From Lingula anatina (taxonomy: Eukaryota > Animalia > Brachiopoda): a stretch of 64,000 bases of DNA. The stretch covers positions 25,070,534-25,134,533 of the forward strand of contig CM120644.1 of NCBI GenBank assembly GCA_051362555.1, written 5' to 3'. The notes under the pieces are model-generated. The model was given only the letters and a program-made list of their open reading frames with translations, searched no databases and was not told the origin of the DNA. A program made the position numbers and the translations under genes. This document shows positions 25,350-35,963 of the stretch, piece after piece (the first letter of the stretch is position 1; each line of letters begins with the position of its first letter).

Positions 25350-26667
25350 TTTTTGGACTGTACCCTTACCTCGGTAATTTAATTGCATTAAAGCTATATA
25401 ATTATTTCAGTGGACCTGATCTCTACTCTCATTCCTCAACAGATTGCAAAATCATAGTAATAGACAAACGTTCTGAAGACTTAACGTAAACATAGTTATA
25501 ACAACGGTCCATATGAAAAAGTACTTGCCTTATTTTTACAAAGGGACATGCAGACACTTGCAAACACCCTCAATCTGAAGGATAAAAATATATTGCTTTA
25601 TCTGAGAAGTTCTCGTCATGTAGTTTGAATATACGGTGAATATCAATGTTGTAATATTAAATTTTTATGCCGTGCTATAGTGTAGCCTACTGCCATCTAT
25701 GGGAATAGAGGTCGTCTTTTGAGACCAATGGCCGCCCACATGACAGCTGGTGAAAGCCTTACTCGTACCTCTACTACACAGTAAAGGGAACGTTTGCGAA
25801 TTAATTTTCATCAAATGTAAACAATTAGAATCCAGCAACACCAGATGTGTCATCAGGCGTATATTTTATCCTTATGAGACTAATTCAAAATTAGAAAACA
25901 TAATGTATACATAGTTGGTCTAATAGATATGGCACTACTGCGCAGTAGGGAGGGGAACAAGATGGCGGAGGGCAACTTAAGCTGCTGCTTTCAAAAGTCC
26001 CACTTAGGTCACCATGTAACACAATCCATTCTTATGAGTTCTTAACGATTTACTTTGGATCGTTATAAAACCTCTTTTTATCACGTAAATTTACCTTTTT
26101 TAGCTGAATCTGTCCAAAACCCAGACTTTTACGCAGTAAGTACTTCATACGACCGCCATTGCTCAAGGGTAAATAAAAAAAGACCCCCTGTTCGCGTGCT
26201 CGGCTCTATTGTTCTGGGCACAATGGCTAGCAGTTTGTGTTTCCATCATAGTTCCCTGGTTAATAATCAGTTGCTGTTGTGATTTACATTGACCATTGAA
26301 ACCATTGTTTTTTATAGTATTGAATTTGACTGGAGCGTTTCGATGAAGTGAAGAAACTGTTAAGTATGATAGAAAATATGAACAATAAAGTTAGTGAGTG
26401 TACCTAAATGTAAATTAGCCGTATTACACAGAGTTGTTGGTGCAGTGTGTTGTGTGTGTAGGTACCTGTGTAGCTGCTCCTCAGCCTTGTTTGTTCTTCG
26501 TTTATTCTATTCAAATACTGTAATAATGTTCTGAATCCCAATTCAATGTTACTTTTATTTACAAACTCTTACAGCTGTTGCCCTGACTTTGTAGATGTAA
26601 ATACCGGTGTGTGGTGATAAAAAAAGACATCTTTCAGTCTTCGTTATCGTTTCCCTTTAACCCCCCC

Positions 26668-26712
<45 letters not shown>

Positions 26713-27289
26713 GCCGTAACACACACACGTATGACACACCGCCTCCCAACAGTTTGTGTACAAAAGAAAAAAAGAAAGGAAAATCATTAATAATTTTTCA
26801 AAATTAAGAATTAATTCTGACGTGCACAACTGAAATAGACGTTTTAAATAACCACAATCCTGCAACTGTAAATGAGTTATCGACTTTAATGTAAAAAATA
26901 CTAAATTAAAAAAAGTTTTAAAAAACATCCATGATTAAGACCAAGAAATCGTAGGACATCAAACCATATCTACATCTACTAATCACGAGAAGTGCACATT
27001 GTTGTCGGTAATGTTATTTGCGTTTAGTTTTCTACTCAAACATTGTTATAACGCACTGAATCCGAATTCCACGCCACGTTTATTTGCAAAGCCTTATAGC
27101 TGATGCGATGAATTCGTAAATGTAAATACCAGTGCGCAGTCTCCGTTATAGCTTTCTTTTACCCCCCCCCCCATATACATGTACATACAAACCGCCCACA
27201 TACACACACACACACACACACATCGTCCTCACAAACACGCTTCCCCCAGCCACACACACACACACACACACACACACATCCCACTCACA

Positions 27290-27327
<38 letters not shown>

Positions 27328-27450
27328 CACATCTCGTTGATGCGTGTTCCACCTCATTTAAATGTAAATAGTACCTCCCAGCTGCAGTGCCAGCTAGCGG
27401 GCTACCCGGAGAAATACTCAAATTGTCAGGTCGGGTTTTTCCGCTGGATG
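25350..27450. repeat. Old segmental duplication, unit 2
   Basis: See unit 1. Paired ORFs 19369-19551 and 25665-25853. Confidence 0.75.
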
Positions 27451-28753
27451 AAGTTCCCTAACAGCCCTCTACCCCTCCCCCCCCCCCCTCTCTCTCGCTC
27501 TAACACTGGAAAGCGACCCTTGTGCGACCATGAAACTAGCCAGGTCGCCGTTGGTGGCTCAAATAATGCGCGGTGATCGTACACAAAATCTTTACGCGTC
27601 GCCGTCGCCAGAATCGCCATAAAATTCTGTGCATGTTACAACAAACACACACATGACGCGGTGGAGGTTGGTCGCTGCTTGGTGGTTCACGACAAGCAGG
27701 AGGTGGCCTTAGTATCGATGCGATTGTATTGTCTCAGTTTTCATTATTGTGATTCTTTTATTTCTGTAGCTGTCCTTATTTATTTTTTACTTAACTATAC
27801 AGTCGGCCAATAAAATAATCCTCTCGCCATCCTGAGTCAGTTGTTTAACAGGTGTACCTAAGGGTGAAACATATTTTTTCCTCTGAGTCCAAAACATCAA
27901 TGGAAAAAATACGAAGACAAACTGATGATTCGAAGTAAAATAAGCATTTTTGGTGACGAAACAAGAACATGTATTAATTAAGATCAGTGATAATGTTGAT
28001 GTCATAGCCGTCACACATTGTGGCCACAATGCTGGAGGAAGCATCACATCTATATGATAATATATAATGAGCATCACATCTATGTGATAATATAGAATGA
28101 TGATGTTACCCCCCAAACTACAGTGCAATCAAATATGAAGGAAAACATGGCCAAATAACAGGGAAAATAATATCAATTTATTTTAGCATCATATTAATAA
28201 TAACATTTTAACAGAAGTGAAATTCACATACATTATCCCTAGAGTTAAAAACCAAGCATATGAGCCATTTAGAAACATGGCTTTCAATCAGCTGTCACTG
28301 CTGCACCTGAAGCAAGTGGCAAAAAATAAACACACATCGTAAATGATACAGTCTGATTTTCCTCAAAAGTGCCATCACAGATAAAACAAACAAATCGTAC
28401 AGCGGGTCTTCTCTTATTTCCATGTATAAATCATGCATTACAAACCAATTTACTGTGATATGAAGCCCAATAAATCGACCTTTCTCCATTTATACTCGGG
28501 AACCTTATAGCATATCCCAGCGTATACTATGTGATCAGCCCATGGACCTAATTCAAACATTGCACCACCACAATTGCACATTCTGTGGAAAAGTTTAAAA
28601 TTTAAAGTTTCCACAGCAATGATATTGTAAATTCTTGTTATTCATTATAAACATCTTATCAATTCTGGTTCTCTCCATCCATCTCTAAAATAAACATTTA
28701 ACAAAGTAATTACCTACATAATTAATTTCTCTATAAATTCATACTTCAGCACT

Positions 28754-29023
28754 GAGTATGTGACCATCCTGAGCCCCAGGGACAGATAAACACTTCACTG
28801 CCTCACACACACCTCACTTATTACTACTAATATAATCTATATTTCAACACAGAGTATGTGACCATCCTGAGCCCCAGGGACAGATAAACACTTCACTGCC
28901 TCACACACACCTCACTTATTACTACTAATATAATCTATATTTCAACACAGAGTATGTGACCATCCTGAGCCCCAGGGACAGATAAACACTTCACTGCCTC
29001 AAATACAACTCACTTATTACTAC
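28754..29023. repeat. 98-bp tandem repeat, ~2.8 copies
   Basis: Unit gagtatgtgaccatcctgagccccagggacag... starts at 28754, 28852 and 28950. Confidence 0.9.
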
Positions 29024-29655
29024 CAATAACTTCATGATTATTATTGCAACATCTTAAAGGGAGACATTAAAACTGAACAGGCTTTTTTTTTCTCAAGGTG
29101 ATCTGACAATTTATTTTGGTTCCTGCGTGATCTTATGTATCTAAAAACTGTGGAAAACTGGCTTATAAAGCACCGTTATACTTGAACTAATGCAGACTTT
29201 TATCAACAAACACGGTGCAATCGCATTTAAGAAAAATATAGACTGAAAACTTGCAACAGTTAATTACAGTGAATATCGATTTATGCATGCAATTTCACTA
29301 CACATTGCAGTTTTAAAAGCAGTAAGCGTCCGCTTTTAAACACCTACTAAACAATCATTCACAAAAACAAATTACATAGTTTTAGTCATTATTATAAAAT
29401 TAATGGAAATAAAGATAATGGCAAAAATACTGTTAAAGGCAAACTGAAAACGTTTGTATACAGCAGACTCCTCAGCCCACTAGGCATGCTTCAATAACAA
29501 TGTCAGAAATTGAACTTTGATCTTGAACATGTCCTTGCCTTAACCTAAATAAACGCATCATCCCAGAATCAAAACACATGCTTTACATAAACTCCAGACT
29601 TAACATAAAGACCAAAGTCTACCATTTTTGTGATACGATTATCGTAGCCCCCACA

Positions 29656-29795
29656 CTAGGCCATTTTGGTCATGATCTTCAGATACTGCAATGCATTGTG
29701 GGCTGCGTTGGCATGGCATTCGCCAGAGGTGGGTCCGCTGCCGTGACACACAGCAACTGGCATGGTGGACAGCTGCACCAAACACTGACGATGGC
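29656..29795 (-). CDS. TARBP2: TARBP2-like last exon (C-terminal half of dsRBD3)
   Basis: ttccag acceptor; GHRQCLVQLSTMPVAVCHGSGPTSGECHANAAHNALQYLKIMTKMA*. Not represented in the ORF track. Confidence 0.92.
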
Positions 29796-32700
29796 CTGGA
29801 AAGAGGCAAAATTACCTTGACAGAGAGAAGATACTGAGAGAGAGAATTATTCGACCAGAATCTAAGAATAAACACAGACAAATGGGAGAGAAAATGGAAC
29901 TGCCTCCAGATCACATTCTAAAGGAATTTACTCTAAATATTATTCTGCCCGTATCTTCATCATGAAGTGCCATGCTGAGAGAAGTCGGCGACCACGAGGT
30001 GCCATTTCTTCTCTGCCTGTAATAATTTTAGGGTTTCGTCGGCTGTTTTTGTTCCGAACCAGACTGCTACGCCATCTATTGTTTTATCTTTTTGTCTTCC
30101 TCTGCTTCTTTTGACCAAAATGTTTAATGTAGTTATTATGGCTTCCAGGCCGCTTTTTCTTATGCAGTGTCCGATAAAAGTACATTGTCTCTTTCTTACT
30201 GTATTTCTGTGATTTCTGCAAGATGGTATTTTAAGTGTTTGTCTGCAGCACCACATTTCAACTGCATTAATTTTATTTTTTTCGTGGAATTACTTATGGT
30301 CCATGCCACGCAGCCGTAAGCCATGATACGCCATATGCATGTATAGGTTAATTTTAAGTACTCTGCTTTCTTCCTATTGGCAATTTTGCGGTTAGTAAGT
30401 ACTGATCACATATCTTTTATGCTTTTTTTGCTTGTCAAATTCTGGTCTTTATATCATATGGAAAATTATATTAAACAATTCAACGCATTGAGAGTTATTC
30501 GGCTACTAAATGCGACCTACATTTATTACTGAGATCCCGCAAGTCATCATATGTGACCTCAATCAAAGCACTGTTCCACAGTTTAAGAAAGTGACCTACC
30601 TTTATAACTGAGCTCCTGCAGGTCAACATAGGTGACCTACCTATATAACTGAGCTCCTGCAGGTCAACATAAAGTGACCTACCTTTATAACTGAGCTCCT
30701 GCAGGTCCACATAGGTGACCTACCTTTATAACTGAGCTACTGCAGGACAACATAGGTGACCTACCTTTATAACTGAGCTCCTGCAGGTCAACATAGGTGA
30801 CCTCAAAGCACTGTTCCTCTGCTATCTCCTGGAGTAGTTGACAGAAGTTACTGCCTCGTGTGTTCAAAGAGGTGGTGTGCAGCCTGTTCAGCTTCTTTCC
30901 TGGACAGAAAATACAATTTCTCAAGTGCAAAGTTTATTAAAAGCCTTGCATGACTATTTAATCATAACATAGACCAATTTCTAATCACAATCGCGACTTG
31001 TGGCCTAAATATACTATACTGGCCAAACAAAGAAAGCAAGGTTTTCTTTTTACCACTGTGCTTCAAATAAACCAAAAATGCATGGATAGCGGTGTGTCAG
31101 ACAGCAGGTCAACATGTGACCTCAGAGCAGTAGACCAGACCAGCAGGTCAACATGTGACCTCAGAGCAGTAGACCAGACCAGCAGGTCAACATGTGACCT
31201 CAGAGCAGTAGACCAGACCAGCAGGTCAACACGTGACCTCAGAGCAGTAGACCAGACCAGCAGGTCAACATGTGCCTCAGAGCAGTGCACCAGACCAGCA
31301 GATCAACATGTGACCTCACAGCAGTGGACCTAATCAGCAGGTCAACATGTGACCTCAGAGCAGTGGACCAGACGAGCAGGTCAACATGTGACCTCAGAGT
31401 AGTGGACCAAACCAGGAGTATTTACCTGAGGCATTTTTGAGCTGAGTGTAGAATGAACTGATCTTTCTGCTGACAAAGGGAGTCAGGGAGGGTATTTTCT
31501 TCCCTTTCTTCAAGTCAGCATAGGCAGACTTACTGGAGTCCATCTGAAACAAAGGAGTGAAGTTTTATCAAAAGACGGATGCTGCAGACTTACAGGAATT
31601 CATCTGAAACACTGAAGCAAAGTATTATTAATAGACAAAATACCTCCTTCCAAACTGAAACAGATCTATCGACGTCAGTTTAGGGTAGAGTAGGAATGAA
31701 TGGAGGAATAGTAACTCATTAATTCAGGTCAGGTGGACAAAGTAATTTACCTGCCGATACAAAATGAAACCATGTCTTACCAGAGCATCATCATCCTCTT
31801 CCTCCCAGGGACAATCTAGATCTTCTTGCGACAGAGACGTCACGTCCACGGCCTGCATCATTTTCATGGCAGCATTGCACTTGGCTTTCTTCTTAGATTT
31901 CCCAGTGCCTGCATGGCAAACACTGAGCAGTTTAGAATTGTAATTCAGTGAATTCTTCGGTTGTCACGCCTTGTTCACACTTCAGACTAAAGTTGTATTA
32001 ATGGATTTAACAGACAATCAGGCAACATACAGTAGTTCAAAGCCAAAGTAACTTTGTACTCCCTGATTTTAATGGCTCTGTATTTCTGTATCATAAAACA
32101 TAGAAGCCACGTTGTGCTATTTACTATTTAACCTATTACACAGAGGAATTAGTTCAATAACCTATCCGTCACACCTATTTCACAATATACCAAATATAAT
32201 GTGCAACCTTTTAGATATGCATAAAATTCAAGTCACAAAATTCAAACATTATCTTCCAACTACCTTCCATTGCGACATAATGGATAACACAATCATTATG
32301 CCCATACACAACTCGGATGAGAATCAATGGCATTTCTGAGGAAGACTTCATTAAAATTGTGAACACATCGGGCATTTTAAACTTTGAATGATAAACTTAT
32401 TAATTCACCTCTTTTTGTAATCCTCCCCAGTTTCACATTGCACACAAACTCTCTATCGTGGGGAGGTCCCCTCACACTGGTTATCTCGTACTGCGGGGGA
32501 CTCAGTAGACGTTTCTGCGCTAACTCCTGCAGTTCTCCAACAGGGTTGTCTCCAGTGCCATCTACAGTACTGGTGGGAGCAGCCACTTCTCTGTAGCTAC
32601 TCTGTCCTATCATCCGGTTCAACACTGTCCTGGAACCATTGTGTTTTGCTCTCTCCTCGCTGGAGTCTTAAAGATGCACACAAAGTCAAATTTTTGTCAC

Positions 32701-35696
32701 AAAAACCAACCAAATGCCAGCATATAGTTTCAAGTAGTATAACTAAGAGAATTACCAAAAGGCATTGTTTAATTTTACCAAAAAATGATGTTTTAACGGA
32801 TTTTCTGCTGGCATTCTAAGCTGTATGTCAATGGGGCAGGAAAGTAGGTCATGAAAGTAGGTTAAATTTACAACCAAAAACTTAAAGAAAGGAGCAGTCT
32901 AAAGGTCTTTTATGGCTGATCAAGTGATCTATTCAGTTTATCCCTTGGCATGTCGAATTTATTTGAGTCATATAAGAATCTAGTAGAAGTGGTTTACATG
33001 TGTTACTGGGAATCCACGCTCCACCGATGCTCGGTTCGTATGTACCTTTAATTCACCACTCAGGGAGCTTTTGGAAGAGAATGGCATTTCTTAGGAAGAC
33101 TTCAGTAAAATTGTGAACACATCGGACAGTTTAAACTTTGAATGATAAACTTATTAATTCACCTCTTTTTGTAATCCTCCCCAGTTTCACATTGCACACA
33201 AACTCTCTATCGTGTGGAGGTCCCCTCACACTGGTAATCTCGTACTGCGGGGGTCTCAGTTGACGTCTCTGCGTTAACTCCTGCAGTTCTCCAACAGGGT
33301 TGTCTGCAGCGCCATCTACAGTAGTGGTGGGAGCGGCCACTTCTCTGTAGCTACTCTGTCCTATCATCCGATTCAACACTGCCCTGGAACCATTGTGTTT
33401 GGCTCTCTCCTCGCTGGAGTCTTAAAGATGCATACAAAGTCAATTTTTTGTCAAAAAAACCAACCAAATGCCGGCATATAGTTGTAAGTAGTATAACTAA
33501 GAGAATTGCCAAAAGGCATTGTTCAATTTTACCCGAAAATGATGTTTGAACGAATTTTTCTGCTGGCATTCTAAGCTGTATGTCAATGGGGCAGGAAAGT
33601 AGGTCACAAAAGTAGGTTAAATTTACAACCAAAAATTTTAAGAAAGGAGCAGTCTAAAGGTCTTTTATGGCTGATCGAGTGATCTTTTCAGTTTATCCCT
33701 TGGCATGTCGAATTTATTTGAGTCATATAAGAATCTAGTAGAAGTGGTTTACATGTGTTACTGGGAATCCACGCTCCACCGATGCTCGGTTCGTATGTAC
33801 CTTTAAGGTAAAAGGTTAATATTACGAAACAACATTCATCGCCTTTTACCCTCTTTGTTGATTGAAACATTTTCTACCAAAAAAAGTATGCTAAAGAAAA
33901 CACAGAATCTTTAAAAATCACATTATTATCATCCTTGAACATCAAGGTTTTAACTATTACATGATTTTTCATTAAAGTTGGAAAATTTAGTCTGAAAAAT
34001 GCAGAGTCAGACCACTTCAGGAGATCCAGTGTAAGTGCTCACCTTCATCGTCGCTGTGAACCCAAGCGGAATATTTAAAATCTAAAGAAAATTGAGATGT
34101 GTTATTAAGACAATGCAAGCTCTCCAACAAGATTTGGAATTAAATGCCTTACATATCAAAGATGTTGTTACTTGTGTAAGTCTAAATGTAAACATGCAAT
34201 TTGTATGAATAAAATGATCTGCCTAGCAATGTATAACAAAATCGGAAAAAAATTAAAGCACCCAAGTTCAATTTATTGCTAGCTGTACCTTAAGGGTGTG
34301 GCTCTTTGGGTGTGTCTGCTGGGCACTATACCCACCACTTAAATTGTCTGTCGTTGGTCATTCAACTTCCCTGGGACTCTAAGGAACATTTTACAGTTAT
34401 TTTTAGATTAACTTTTGGTGCATGCTAGCCGGATTTCCACCCCCTATAAATCAGGGTCTGCCGGCCACACCCCACCACTCAATTTGTCTGTCAGTATCTA
34501 TTTAATATACCTGAGACCATGCTAAAAGAACCCCAATAGGTTTATAAGGGTTCCCCTAAAAAGTCTAGCTAGCTGGATTTGAGGGTCTTTGTTTTGAACT
34601 CCCCACCCCGACCACACCCACCACTGTAAATACGGCAGACTGACATTTTCATATAAAGGTAAGCATGTAGGTCACTGCCAGGTACAAAAAAATTGGTAAT
34701 CTTTCGGGCATACGCAACCCTCTTGAATCCTTCTCTACTATACTTACACTCTTGATCTGAAAGAAAAGATATTGTAGATGAATAAAGATTATTAACTTTA
34801 AAAAATGTGAGCACCCTCCTACTTTTATTGAGATATAAGGTTTTTAAATATCTTTTAAAATATCCTTAAAATATTAAAATATCTTTAAACATCTGGGGAG
34901 TATTTGCCAATGTAAAAATCTTAATGAAAATTGGAAGTTGAAATTGGATAAACTGTTTCCAATTTGCCATGTTAACCAAAAGTGCACACAAATTATTATT
35001 GAAACACTGCAGTTTAATGTTCATAATTTAAAGGTTGACATGGGTACGTTTTGTCATTTCTTGATTTCTTCAATACTTACATTCTCTGACTGAAAAAAAA
35101 ACATGTTGCAAATGTAGATTGATGGATATAAAATGGTGAAAAGTCTACTTACTGTAAGATTTCGTCCTGGCATTTACATGTACAAGTCTTATGTATAACT
35201 TTACCGTTTGGATAAAATGGCTCCCGAATCACAAGGTTTACCAAAAATCTACACAATTATTTAAACAAGCAATACAAATCTATTTTACCTGTTATAAGGG
35301 CTGGCAAATATATCTGTAAATGTGTTCTAATTTCATCAATACTTACCACCAAAATCCCCTGGAAAAAATGTATTGTGGATGAAGATAAATGTTATATGAA
35401 TAAAAAATTCCAACTCTTGTAAGTTTTTCTCTAATTGAGATATCAGTTTAATATCATTAAACATCTAGAATCTAGTTACTTTTGTAAGTCTTTATAAAAT
35501 AATGCAAAAATTATTTCCAATGATCTCCCAAAATCGTACAAAATTATGTAATCAAACTACCCCATTCCTATTTTCTTTTTTTTTAAGTTGACTGAAATAT
35601 ATATAATTGATCCTGGCATTTTTCATACTTACGTGTTGTTCTCCTGACTGAAAGAAAAAAAATATATATATATATATAAATATATATATAAATATT

Positions 35697-35753
<57 letters not shown>

Positions 35754-35904
35754 CAAGCGTGAATGTGGAACAGAGTGCTCAACAGTACGGAGCATTTGTA
35801 CACAATTAAAATTAATAAATAAATAAATAAACAAAAGACATGCATGTCTTTTGTTTATTTATTTATTTATTTTAATTGTGTGTGTGTGTATATATATTTA
35901 TATA

Positions 35905-35963
<59 letters not shown>

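Noticed and set aside
31103-31413. Regular repeats resembling a CRISPR array
   Set aside because: No unique spacers, eukaryotic intron context, no cas genes; an ordinary minisatellite.
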